Positions 25,790-38,367 of a stretch of DNA of 64,000 bases are shown piece after piece. This DNA is from Harriotta raleighana (Eukaryota): contig JBNZDD010013695.1 in assembly GCA_050575255.1 (NCBI GenBank), positions 565,152 to 629,151 of the forward strand, given 5' to 3'. The notes below the pieces were generated by a model. The model was not told the DNA's origin, did not search any database, and saw only the letters and a program-made list of their open reading frames with translations. Each line of letters starts with the position of its first letter. Within the stretch, counting starts at the first letter, position 1. Both the position numbers and the translations under genes were made by a program.

Positions 25790-26700
25790 GTAAAAAAGAC
25801 AGAACGTTTCCCCTTTTATAAACGGAAAGCAAAAAAACAGGAGAGAAGAAAATATTCTGGAGCAGGACAAGGTGGAAGTCACTTCAGGAAATGCGAGCCC
25901 ATTGCAACAACAGTTGAGGTAGGTGAATGTCCCAGCCCGACTTTTTATCAACCTGCCAGTCCACAGACACAGGGAGGCTGCAGAGCACCACTGAAGGAGG
26001 TGGCAAGAGAACAGAGGTTTTCCTCAGGATGCTAGTGCAGCAGTGAAATGTCACAATTAATTCAACCCTAGTTTTCCCAGTCAGAAGTTCTACATTCCGC
26101 CTTGCAAACGAAAAACTGAGGAAGCCGCAGCTTAGGATGTCGTCATATGACAGAGAACCATTGCCTACTGACTGTCTGTGCCCGTTTCCTCAGCAGGTCC
26201 CTCAGGATAACCAGCTATTGATTGGATGCTTCGTAGCGAGATGAAATATCTAATAACAGAGGGAGGGGGAAAAAAGGGTGGGAAGAGAATAGAGCTACAG
26301 CAATGGAAATACTGCATGACATCATCTCCACACCATGCTATTGGAACTGCAGCAGATCAATCAGCCTAGCTATCCTGAAGCTGCAGACACAATGGTTATT
26401 GAATCGATCATGTAAATATATGCCACAGGAAAAAAACATACAGTGTACAGCGCAACCATCTGCAAGAAACCTGACACAGGCTCACATCATCTTCGCAGTG
26501 TTGCTGATTTGTGCGGAGAAAATTAAATCTGATTTATTTAAAAGCCTTTTCTGCAAAAAAAAATCACACAGCAAGGCAGTGAATGATTTATACTGGCTAT
26601 CAAACACTGTCTTACAGAATTATTCTGCCAAAGCTGTTGTTACCTGGCACTAAGAGTGGCTGAACACGAAATGTTATCCTATTTGCAAACACCTCTAAGA
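25790..26700 (-). promoter_or_regulatory. Putative internal promoter region for the short isoforms
   Basis: Repeat-free stretch directly upstream of the ATG/donor cluster. TATAAAAG on the minus strand at 25813-25820, CCAAT on minus near 26221-26225, TGACATCA near 26317. Confidence 0.4.
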
Positions 26701-27330
26701 TATGTTAATTGAAATCCCAGATCAATAAAAGTTTCCATCTTCCTTGCAACTAAAAGCATTCTTTTAAACCTGAAGTTAACATGATGCAAAAGATCAGGTT
26801 TAATTAAAAGTCACAACAAAAAATACAACACGTAAATAAATTCCACTAAAGCAATACAATCACGAGTTCGCTTTAGCTTCAAGCATATAAAGTACCACAT
26901 AATTAATAAGCTTTGCACTTTGCAGATCAGCACTCGTATTTCACTTGGCATTTTTATTTAAATATATTTGGTTGGATGCACTTCCTTTCTTTCTGCAAGC
27001 TCAGCGTTTAATAACTAGATTAACATTTATTCTGTGGTAACAAGATAGTCGATGTACAATTTTGCAAATATCGAAACCATTCAGTTTCAAGCTCAGCTAT
27101 GTCAGGAAAATACTGTGTCTATCGGGATCTTTTCTATCTGCCAGCTCTCTCAGAGCACTGAAATTCTGCTCTCTCTCTGTCTCCCTCTCGTTTATGTATA
27201 CACTTTAAATTACTACACATGAAAAATTATGTAAATCAGTGCATTAAAGATTTTTTGTCTGACTGCCTGATTTCAACTATCTTATTCAAATACCAGCTCA
27301 ATAATGGGAACTAAAATCTATTTCCTGTCA

Positions 27331-27347
27331 GTTGCCCTCTAGTGAAA
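27331..27347 (-). promoter_or_regulatory. Possible CTCF motif
   Basis: Minus strand TTCACTAGAGGGCAAC, one mismatch from the core, about 1.5 kb upstream of the alternative first-exon cluster. Confidence 0.35.
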
Positions 27348-27699
27348 TGACATCATCCCCTTTCTCTCCTCGCCAATCACTCTCCAGCAAGTGTAGTTCC
27401 CTGGTGTATTTACCCAGGAGATGGTATAGGCTGTACTGCTGCCTAAGCCGACTTCTGTATCGCAAACTGAAAGCTGAAAATTGGACTAATATTTCAGCTC
27501 TTTTCAAGCCCAACACATTCTCACTCGCTTATTCACTCAAGGGAAATGCAACGCACTTGTAATCAACCCCAATTTTATCTCAGATTTCCACATAAACCAT
27601 GGACTTCTAAACCATCGATGCAGGAGTTGTTTCTATTAAACCTTTCATGGAAATCTATTTATTTGTAATTCACTAAATTATCTAATAGGCAGCATACAT

Positions 27700-28350
27700 C
27701 AACAACAAATTACATGTGTCCAGCGCCCTTCACGTCATGAGGACCTCACAAAGCGCTGGGTAGTCAGGGATTCGCACCCGAGCTGGTCGTTGGGATCAGG
27801 AAAGGTGGAGTGCGGGGAGGATAGAGGTAGGAGAGTGACCAAAGACACAGTCGAAGAGAAGAGTATTGAAGGAGGGAAGGGAGGGACGCGAAGCAGAGGG
27901 ACTGAGGGATAGCATTCCGGATGGTGGGGCAGAGAGGCTGATAGGTGGNCGAAGAGAAGAGTATTGAAGGAGGGAAGGGAGGGACGCGAAGCAGAGGGAT
28001 AGCATTCTGGAGGGTGGGGGCAGAGAGGCTGATAGGTGTTTGGGAGTTCACAGAGGTAGGGAGGAGCAAGGATGTGGAGTTTGACGGTGAGGACCAGAAC
28101 CCTGAACTATATCATTAAGTGATGGGAAGTTAGTGGAGCTGGGTGAGGTTGATAAGAGTCTTGGAGCCTGGTGCTGGAGAGGACATGGGCTGCTGAGTTA
28201 TGGACGATCTGTAGTCTGTGGAGGGAGGAGTTGGGGAGGCCAACAAGCAGGGAGTTTGCATAGTCAAGCCTGGACGTAACAAGTGCATGGATGATGGTCT
28301 CGGTGGACAGTGGAGGAGACCGACAATGTTGCGGAGGTGGCGAAAGGCGA
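27700..28350 (-). mobile_element. L2-clade LINE 3' fragment
   Basis: Minus strand encodes a HALVTSRLDYANSLLVGLP-like peptide; L2 tail with (CAA)n at about 27700. Confidence 0.8.
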
Positions 28351-28775
28351 TGCCTAGCCTGCTGCGTAAGAGGGATAAGGTAATAAATTCAACAAGATGA
28401 GTTGAGAAGATATCACAACTCACAAACCCACAACTCAGCATCGACTTCATTTGATCTGAGATTTGCCTTCCTCCAATAATTCAAAGAAATTCACAATTTT
28501 TCTTTTCCATCTTGGTCACTGAGCTCCAGGACACTGCTTTGTGTGAAGGGCAATATATAAATGCAAGCTGTTATTGTTTCCCATTCTTAGCAATTCAATG
28601 ACACCCACTGAAGCAGCCTTCAATGTTACGTCAGTATAAAATCATTGAGATGTAAGAAAATGTCTACAACAATTGGAAAATGCGGGGAAAAAGTTTTTAC
28701 TTGGGCAAAATTTGAAAGCCAAAGAGGTGAGGCTGAGGAAATTTGGGGTGAATGTTCCAGAGGATGGTTGAAGGG

Positions 28776-29115
28776 TAATAATAATAATAATAATCCTTGC
28801 ATTTGATATAGCGCTTTTCACATCTTATCAACGTCCCAAAGCGCTTCACAGAGTATACTGTAAAGTGAATTGACTGTATATTTGTGGGCGAAACGCGGCA
28901 GCCAATTGCGCACAGCAGTGTCCCACAAACAGTCATGGATTGAAATGACCAATTTTATTATTGTAGTTTTTTTGGGGAGGGATTATTATTAGGCATGTGG
29001 AGTAAGGAAACTTGCCCAAGGTTTCGCCCTGATCTGCCTGGATTCGAACACAGGCCTCATGCTTGTAAGGCATGTAAGGCAAGTGCTCTAACCACTGAGC
29101 CACAGGAGCTCCACA
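28776..29115 (-). mobile_element. Full-length dominant SINE
   Basis: (TAA)n tail through tRNA head gctctaaccactgagccacaggagctccaca. Confidence 0.9.
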
Positions 29116-30944
29116 AAGCTGAAGGCTTACCCGCCAATACATGAAGTGGGCCAGAGTCAGGAGAACAGAGACTGTGGATGGGGGAGCAGGGTTACAGGAA
29201 ATCACAGAAGTATTTGAAGGCAAGGACAAGGACAAAAAACATGTTCTTTCTTTGCATCCTGTCTTCACAGTTACCTTATAATATAGGTTAGTGGTTAGTA
29301 CAGAATGTGCATGTTTACCTATTTGTTTTGGCATCCTGTCTTTTACCTTATACGTAATACATTTACAGCTCACTCTGTGTGCTTCTAACTTATCCATGTC
29401 TAGTTTTAGCTGGTGAGACTCCCAACAGTACTNGCTTGTACGGCTAGGACCACCATCCATTCCTCAACCAAGGGACGGCACTTCTGACAATGCGGCGTTC
29501 GTCCAGAATTGGGTCAAGAATGTCTATCTAAAGCACGAGTTAAAAGTCCCGACATGGGGCTTGAACCCACAAGCTTCTAACACACAGAGTGTTATCAACT
29601 GAGCCAGGCTGACACTTAGAAGATTGAACTTTCAGAAGAGGCGATAAAAAGAATCACAGCTTACAAAGCGTATTTAAGTAAATAAATAGAACAGGGTTAA
29701 AATGTACTTCCTCAAATGCACGATATTTCAAAGGGTAATAAGGCTGAATAACGCTTTTCTTATCTCAACAACACTGCATCACATTTCAAAATACCAGATA
29801 TACACATTATCACATTTCCTTTAAGATATAACCCTACATTAAATATTAAGAAATTAATAGTTAGTACAGTGGAGGATTGATTCTCACAATCTGAATAATT
29901 ACTGCAGATTTTTTAATTAGCTTGCGAATCAAGATAATGATCACATATTGCTTTTGAAACTTGCGTCAACAGTTCACAGAGATGGCAAATGTATGAAAGA
30001 GGGTAGATTTTACACAAACAGCTTTGTTAAATCGTATAACATTAAGAGAACCTATAAATCAAGTAGAAAGTGAAACCTGAATTTTTTTGGGGAAAATAAA
30101 ATATTGTTGATATATGACCCAAGGAGGAAAGACATGAGTGTGCCAAATACCTTACACAATATTTTTTAAATATTGTAAATTATGCTAAATATTTCTGCCC
30201 CAAGAAATAACAGGCTTCAATGTTTAAATTCCGATCCATTCAAAAATAAATATGATGTAAATAATTTATTCCACAACGTGCTTAAAATAGGCATCAGAGT
30301 AATAGATATTCTCTGAAATAGCCCATCTGAAATAGGGAGTAAAACTAAAATGTAATTGCACCCCTGAAAGCGATTGAACTAAACCACGTTTCTCCTTTAT
30401 GATTTTCCCTCTCTGGAATACTTGTTTGAAATTTACTTTTGGCAACCCTCCCTCAACCAACACCCAAACTCTTATTCACCGTGATTCATTATTATAAAAT
30501 CAAGCAAGAGTAAATTCGTATATTTAGAATGCTCAGGAAATCCTGTTCAAAAGCCACTCCAACAAAATTCATGCTCTGCAGAGAGAAATAATGGGAAACC
30601 CAATTCTTCTGTGGAGATTCAGCCACCTTAGCTACAGATAAAATATTGTTCAACCTCCGAGGGCCAGTGGCTGAGGGCTTTTATTCTCATTTGCCAAGTG
30701 CTCACTAATGTGACGTGAAAAGGTCTGATTATAAACATCAGCAAGATTTGCACAGAGTATAATGAGAATATGATTCTTCCCTGGAGGTGGGAGCAGAGTT
30801 GTCATCACAACCAAAATGATGTAATCTCCTAAAATAGAACCAGCAACTGAGGAAAAACAATACAAGGAGAATTTGAAAATCACAGCACCCTCTGCAGCTG
30901 CAGCAGTGAATCACTCTGGTAGTTTTAAAATTCTTTAAAGCAGG

Positions 30945-31267
30945 TAATAATAATAATAATAATCCTTGCATTTGATATAGCACCTTTCATATCTTATCGA
31001 TGTCTCAATATATTGTAAAGTGAATTGACTGCATATTTGTGGGCAAAACGCGGCAGCCAATCGCACACAGCTGTGTCCACAGTCGAGAATTGAAATTACC
31101 AATTTTTTATTGTTGTGTTGTTTTTTTGGGGGGAGGGATTATTATTAGGCATGCGTGTGGAGTAAGGAAACTTGCCCAAGGTTTCGCCCTGATCTACCTG
31201 GATCTGAAACACAGCTCTCACACTTGTAAGGCGAGTGCTCTAACCACTGAGCTACAGGAGCTCCACA
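30945..31267 (-). mobile_element. Full-length dominant SINE
   Basis: Same structure as 28776-29115. Confidence 0.9.
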
Positions 31268-33711
31268 TTGTTAATGTACATTAACCCATTCATAGAGGTT
31301 TTGCAAGTCACCAAATACTATACCACCCAAACATTATTGGGTTTGACTGTCTACTAGTCTACATCAATAACTGCAATGGATTGAAAATTATTTTCTACTG
31401 GGGAATGTGGAATTCACCAGATTAGTACCCTGGGCTTTCATCTCTGAGGCTTAGTTTTAAAGCTAGTCTTGACTGATAAAATAGGGAGGGATGCCATTCT
31501 ACACAAATGATCCAAACCAAATCAAATACCTATGAGACTGTTATTCTGCCATCAGATATCGATCTGTTCTGTGAACAATGTAATGCAGCAAATTTCGGAG
31601 GCATTGTATAAGGCCATGTCATTACAGTCCTAAATCTCCTGCATCCGACACTAAATTCTTGAAAATTGACAACAGGAGCCTCTACAAGCTCATAGCTCAG
31701 ACAGCGTCAATCTCATATAGGTACTGCCAGTTAGACTTGCAATCCACAAAGGTATCTTGCTTAACAAAAATAAGCACCAACACATTTAAGCACCATTTTC
31801 CCTTTCGTTGTAAGATTTACCACTTGGTTGACTAACAATAACCTTCGTCCAAACAAGGAAGTGTATCAGACGAAGTAAGCCCTGCAGCAGAACACTCGAG
31901 TGACTGAGTGGAAGAGGGCGCGAAATGGAATGTGTAGCTAAGGCATCACAGAACCTGATTTTGGTTTTAAGAAACAAGTAAGTTTAATACTTTGCATTCA
32001 TCCTCAAAATATATGAGTTCTTTAACACTCTAACACCACGAGCAGAACTTTAAAAATATTTTTTTTTTCAGACAAGACAGGAAATGGCAACGCCGCAGAC
32101 TCAATGCTACAGAACAGGATGCCCCCAAAAACAGGTTCCTTTTAAAAATCTGAACCACACATCACAACGTCTGGATAAAACTAAACCACAAACTTATATT
32201 ATGGTTTAAGAAAATGTTTCCTCTACCATTGCTGTTCCAGTTCCAAGACTACCTGCATAACTAATATAAACTGCAGGAAATGAGACGTTAGCACTTGCAC
32301 TACTAGTTCATGTGATTTCTAAAACATGTTGCAGCATACATTCTTCAATTTACAATTTATAGAACACTTCACTTTTCCCATTCGTAGGCATCATAATATT
32401 TATTTGCTCATTAAATTAGCTGTACAATGGCAGAGACGAAAAGGAGGGAAGCGGAGGACAAGAGGGAGGGAGGGAGCCTTCTAAATTCACTGTGGGGTAA
32501 GAATTTTTGGGGAAGAGTCTTATTCAAACAGTCTTTAAAACATATATTTTGCATTTTCCAGCATTATCCAAATTAATTTCTGCAATACAGTATAACTATA
32601 ATAAACTTTCTATTTGATATTATGCCTTATCATTTCTTTGAGACGTCTTAAAGTGCTTCACAGAATATACCGTAAAGGGAGTTCAATGTATACTTTGTGG
32701 GTGAAACGTGATAGCCAATTGCGTACAGTAGTGTCCCGTCTACAATACATCTAGATTAGAAAGCGAGCAGTAAACAAACTACCTTATGTTCAATAATACT
32801 AAGCAGATCACTATTTTACATCAGCAACAATACTGAGCACTCCCTTGGAATGAGACCAGACACCACACACAGATGCACAGCTAGCTCTAAGTACAAAGTA
32901 ATCCCACCTGGAACCTCTCAGTATTTAGTATCAACAGAAATCTCAGGGAAATGTCAGCTTAAGCCATAGATAAAATTATCTTGTCCCCATGCAAGGAGAA
33001 TCCCAACTATCTGATTCTTTATATCCAATTCCGAATAGACTGAGAAAATGGTGAGATGTGTGGAAATCTCAGCTTGGTTTGGTTACTCTAAAGCACTGTG
33101 ACGGGTTTCCGCAAGTGTCAAGACAGAACAGTGCGAGTTTACAGAACTTGAGGGCAGTTTTCTTTTATGATATTTCCACTGGTAGACGCTTTCCACTTAC
33201 AACAGGATTTTTACCACCTACACAGCAGCTAATAAACTTTGATTACTTCAGCGTTTAATCACAACTCGTTTAATTCCGCTTGTGTCTGTCAAGTTTTATC
33301 CAAAAAGGGTATTTGAAGCAGCAATTAAAACACAGTGGGTGTGAATGTTAACAGACCTGGTGGCATTCCAAATGTTTAGAGCATTTCACTGATTACACAC
33401 ATTAATGAATTCCATTTCACAACGCACATCACCTCATCCCGGGACGTCCTCCTGACGTGAAAGGCGCTATGCAAGTGTAATTTTGTTGCTGTTGTTGTTA
33501 AAAATATTAAATGGAGAAATTTCGTATTCGGAAGAGGTTTCTTTTGTAACGATACTCCAAAGCCATAGAGCTGTCAACTATTGTACTGTTGAACCCAAGT
33601 AATATTCTGCTACCATCTACAGTCTCTTATCTCCGTATCTCACCCTCCGTCCTCTTTAATCACCTGTACAATTAAGCCATTCAGCACAGCTCAGGAGTCG
33701 GTACTTCTTAC

Positions 33712-33738
33712 CAGATGTTCTCCATTGTCTATGGAGCT
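33712..33738 (-). CDS. Candidate 27-nt microexon (SSIDNGEHL)
   Basis: tttgtgtttattctgcag|AGC TCC ATA GAC AAT GGA GAA CAT CTG|gtaaga. Phase 0-0, no stop. Confidence 0.3.
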
Positions 33739-34333
33739 CTGCAGAATAAACACAAACTTCGAACAACTAGTACATCTTTCCTTTTCTCATTTTATCCATT
33801 TTATTTATCCATTTATCCATTTTATTCCTTTTTAAGATTTCTATCCAACTCCATCTTTGAACGCTAATGTGGATTCTGCCTTTGTTTTGACCACCGGGTG
33901 TCTGATATGTGCGGAAACCCATCATTGTGGTTTAGATTAACCAAATCAAGCTGAGATTTCTACACATTCATACTATTATTATCCCACCTATATATGCACA
34001 CTCCCTCCCTGCAGGGAAGCATCCTACCTATCTAATTCCGGAAATTATCAGGCACAGGATTGGCAAGAACCAAGGCTTAGGGACCCCCCCAGAGGTAACT
34101 CCTGGGCGTTGGAAGTAACTCCTGGAGTCTAACAATGTAGCTAAAACAACAGGCTGGCTGTGCTGTCATCAGCAGTGCCCTGGAAATACGGCGGACTAGC
34201 CTGGCTCAGGAATCGGGAGGGCTGGTTCGATTCCAACATTGCATAGCTTGGGATGTCATCTTGGAGCCAGTTCAGCTCTAAGGAGACCCCGCTTACGTTC
34301 CCCCCTCCGAGGAGGAGTGTCACTAATTGATTG

Positions 34334-36470
34334 TTCGAGATGCGATAAGCTCGGGTTTGAGCCTCGCCAGTTAGATGGTAGGTACAAGGAAGTTGCATGT
34401 GTGAGACAGTTGGTGAACCAAGAAAAATTATTGAGGTCAGGGTAACACTGTAGTTGACAGGATATTGGGCAGCAGGCTTATATAAGGTCATTCCTCGTAA
34501 AAAAAAACCTTCTGGACAATAGAGCGAAACCCATGTGACAATATTAAAACAGGAATTGGCAATTCATACCTATTTAAAAAAGGTAAAATGGACTGAATTA
34601 ACCAGATGAATAATCACACCGACTTGTTGGGTAACCAGCTGAGTACCATCAGCTCCACATCATATCTAAACGATTGTAACAGAAGGCTTTGTGGTTCCAT
34701 CTGCAGTTTCCATCCTGTCATGTGACAATTAGCAGTCACGATATTTCATTATTTTCCTTTGCTCGGATACGCAATAATTGAGAAAGCACATTAACATCTT
34801 TAGGGGAATTCATAAATATATTCTCTATGTTTTATTTTAAACTGAACATAAAAATAGATCATTATAATCACAACGACAAGAAAATTCAGCTCCCCTTTCT
34901 ATATAAATTCATTTCATGCTTCATATATCACTGAGGACCAACATATTAATTGTAGGTCTCAGCTGGGATGACTTGGGTGAGGTTTACTGGGGAAGCAATC
35001 CAGTTTCATGTCATGCAGTAGAGCAATACGGGGCTATACATCAAAGTTGCGGAAAGACACAATTTGGGAGTTCTGCCTCGAAACCGGAGCTAGTCCATCA
35101 ACGCTACAATATGTGCCTCAAACCTCACTGGGCGATCAACTGGACCACATAAGAAGTTTCAAGGAACCATTATTAAGAAAGGCACGAGTTCTTTGATAAA
35201 ATGACGTAAAGAATAAATAAAGGTGGATGTAGTTTATATGGGTTTTTCCAAACTTGATATTAAATGTCATATTAAATGTATGGCCCAACATAAGAAGCTT
35301 GTGACAAACAATTTAAGGTTATGGTATTCAAAAGGTGGCATCATGGATGGATAGGTTGAAGGATGGAAAACAGAGTGGAAATATAATATCNTTCGAGATG
35401 CGATAAGCTCGGGTTTGAGCCTCGCCAGTTAGATGGTAGGTACAAGGAAGTTGCATGTGTGAGACAGTTGGTGAACCAAGAAAAATTATTGAGGTCAGGG
35501 TAACACTGTAGTTGACAGGATATTGGGCAGCAGGCTTATATAAGGTCATTCCTCGTAAAAAAAAACCTTCTGGACAATAGAGCGAAACCCATGTGACAAT
35601 ATTAAAACAGGAATTGGCAATTCATACCTATTTAAAAAAGGTAAAATGGACTGAATTAACCAGATGAATAATCACACCGACTTGTTGGGTAACCAGCTGA
35701 GTACCATCAGCTCCACATCATATCTAAACGATTGTAACAGAAGGCTTTGTGGTTCCATCTGCAGTTTCCATCCTGTCATGTGACAATTAGCAGTCACGAT
35801 ATTTCATTATTTTCCTTTGCTCGGATACGCAATAATTGAGAAAGCACATTAACATCTTTAGGGGAATTCATAAATATATTCTCTATGTTTTATTTTAAAC
35901 TGAACATAAAAATAGATCATTATAATCACAACGACAAGAAAATTCAGCTCCCCTTTCTATATAAATTCATTTCATGCTTCATATATCACTGAGGACCAAC
36001 ATATTAATTGTAGGTCTCAGTTGGGATGACTTGGGTGAGGTTTACTGGGGAAGCAATCCAATGCTACAATTACTCTAAGAGCAAAAAATTTCATGTCCTG
36101 CAGTAGAGCAATACGGGGCTATACATCAAAGTTGCGGAAAGACACAATTTTGGAGTTCTGCCTCGAAACCGGAGCTAGTCCATCAACGCTACAATATGTG
36201 CCTCAAACCTCACTGGGCGATCAACTGGACCACATAAGAAGTTTCAAGGAACCATTATTAAGAAAGGCACGAGTTCTTTGATAAAATGACGTAAAGAATA
36301 AATAAAGGTGGATGTAGTTTATATGGGTTTTTCCAAACTTGATATTAAATGTCATATTAAATGTATGGCCCAACATAAGAAGCTTGTGACAAACAATTTA
36401 AGGTTATGGTATTCAAAAGGTGGCATCATGGATGGATAGGTTGAGAGTGGAAATATAATATGAAATGCAA
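34334..36470. other. About 1.06-kb tandem duplication split by a single N, probably an assembly overlap of two haplotypes
   Basis: 34334-35390 is nearly identical to 35392-36470, with N at 35391. Confidence 0.85.
35130..35382 (+). mobile_element. CR1 RT fragment (repeated at about 36215-36450)
   Basis: EFFD...KVDVVYMGF...WMDRLKDGKQ-like coding remnants. Confidence 0.55.
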
Positions 36471-36884
36471 NAGAGTGGAAATATAATATCAAATGCAAGG
36501 ATTATTGTTATTACAGTGTTATATTTATTATTATATATTAACATGTTCATTGTGAACATGTTTTGAAGGGGTAAATATAAAATGACAATAGGCATGTGGA
36601 ATAAACTATCCGGTGGAACAAGGAGCTATACCAAGTTTCCAAAAGGTAACCAGACGATTCTTAGAAGTTAAAAGGTTTCTGAATTATTAGGTGATGAGAT
36701 GGCTGTGTGAAATGAATCTTTCTGGAAGATGAACTGGCAAGATGATCTACTCCTGCCTGAAACCCAGTTAACAACAAGTCAGTGTTGCTGTCAACACAAC
36801 TTCTGCCAATGTCACATTTGCTGTCGGGAGGAGCAATAAAGTGATCAGTCATAAAATGTGCGGTAGGTTAGGGTATTAAGTGAT

Positions 36885-37172
36885 ATCAATCAATCAATCA
36901 AAATTTTTATTTATATAGCGCCTTTCACGTCGGGAGGACGTCCCAAGGCGCTATACAGTCAAGTGGGGGGGAGGGCTCGGGGCAAGGAAAGTCGGAAAAA
37001 TTGACTATATATTTGTGGGCGAAACGCGGCAGCTAAATTGCTCATAGCAGTGTCCCACAAACAGTCATGGAAGTGAGGGGGCCAGGGATGAAAGGGGGAA
37101 AGAGGGCAAGGGGAGGGGTCGGGGTAGGGGGAAGAGAGCAGGAAAACCAGGTATATATTTGGGGGCGAAAGC
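36885..37172 (-). mobile_element. Second copy of the chimeric (GATT)n-tailed SINE
   Basis: Same module order as 43841-44139 in reverse complement, starting with (ATCA)n. Confidence 0.8.
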
Positions 37173-37518
37173 AGGAAATTGGAATTGAAAGGATTAGTTG
37201 AGGTACAGATTAGTCAGGATCTAATTAAATGGCAGGCTTGAAGAGCTGAATGGCCTCCTCCTATTCCTACATTCCTATTAAATAGCCACCAGTCAACTCT
37301 CCGTTGTCCAAAGTGTAACTATGAAGCAGAGATATTGTGTTGACTCTTTGACAAGCAGTTCCTGGAATTTATAATCAAAGATTTCCTTGCGAACACATAA
37401 TCTATATTTTTACATCGGAAAAACCTTCCCATCTTTCCTTCTTTGCACCATTTAACAAATCACTCCAACTGTCTCCCTCCCTCCCACCCAAATGTTTTCT
37501 TTTCTCTTTACTTCATAC

Positions 37519-37527
37519 CTGTTTCCC
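37519..37527 (-). CDS. Candidate 9-nt microexon (GKQ)
   Basis: ttgcaacttttcctttgcttcacgtccatgtag|GGG AAA CAG|gtatga. Phase 0-0, about 670 nt downstream of exon 6. Confidence 0.5.
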
Positions 37528-38196
37528 CTACATGGACGTGAAGCAAAGGAAAAGTTGCAAATGTAAGACACCGACTTTGTAAGGTTTACCCACCCCTTGA
37601 AATCAGGTAAGCAGTAATTCAGCACAAACCCTCAATCATCTGGTCAGTGTGGCCAGGACGTTATAAGTGGAATACAAACCACAAAACTATTTGTTCTCTT
37701 TGTATTCTTGTAATCTGCTTACACTTTTAACAGGCTTGCAAGATGCACAATTACAATAGACTGAAATTAAAAAGTAAATAAAGAGCCAATGGATTTGCAT
37801 AAATTAGAAGTTAAGGAAATTGTAATTGTCTGCATTGGAGAGAGCCATTTACATGAAAATGATCTGTGGAATTAGTCTCCGTACAACAAAATAATACTTT
37901 GAACTTGACTGGCTTTTTTTTCTGTTAAAGTTGATTATCCAAATGTATTTGAACCTGAGGGCTTTATACCAGTGTAGAAACAAAATGCAACTCAAAACAA
38001 AAGAATAGCAACAGCTTGAATTCCAGATATACTAAGGTGAAACCAAGCTCTTATTTCATTAACTGTCTAAAGTTAACTACACAAGTTCAATCAACAAAAC
38101 TGTAACACACACACTTTAGACCAGTTATTTTAAAACTCAAAACAACTCACTCGAAACACAGCAGGATAGGTTTGATATGAAAGGGTGGGTTTTTAC

Positions 38197-38367
38197 CATG
38201 TGATAAGTACTGTTTAGTGACGGCCTGTCGGTATTGTAGGAATCCACATCATCGGTGATTGTTTGCCGCTCTCCCTTCAAGTTGATCTTCCTGAAACGCC
38301 GGCGAGACTGACGGTGAGTAACTTCCCTCTGAAGATTTTTCTCCTCACTCTCGCTTATGTTTTCCAC
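38197..38367 (-). CDS. rapgef6: PDZ-GEF coding exon 6
   Basis: tatttcag|GTG GAA AAC...CAC ATG|gtaaaa. 171 nt, encodes VENISESEEKNLQREVTHRQSRRRFRKINLKGERQTITDDVDSYNTDRPSLNSTYHM. VEN, LQRE and ITDDV are RAPGEF6-type. Confidence 0.93.

Noticed and set aside
28933-29460. Longest ORF in the track (175 aa)
   Set aside because: It runs through an N and a SINE and resembles no protein I recognise.
37075-37135. G-tract clusters with quadruplex potential (also the C-rich tract at 7800-7850)
   Set aside because: They lie inside retroelement copies, and there is no evidence of locus-specific function.
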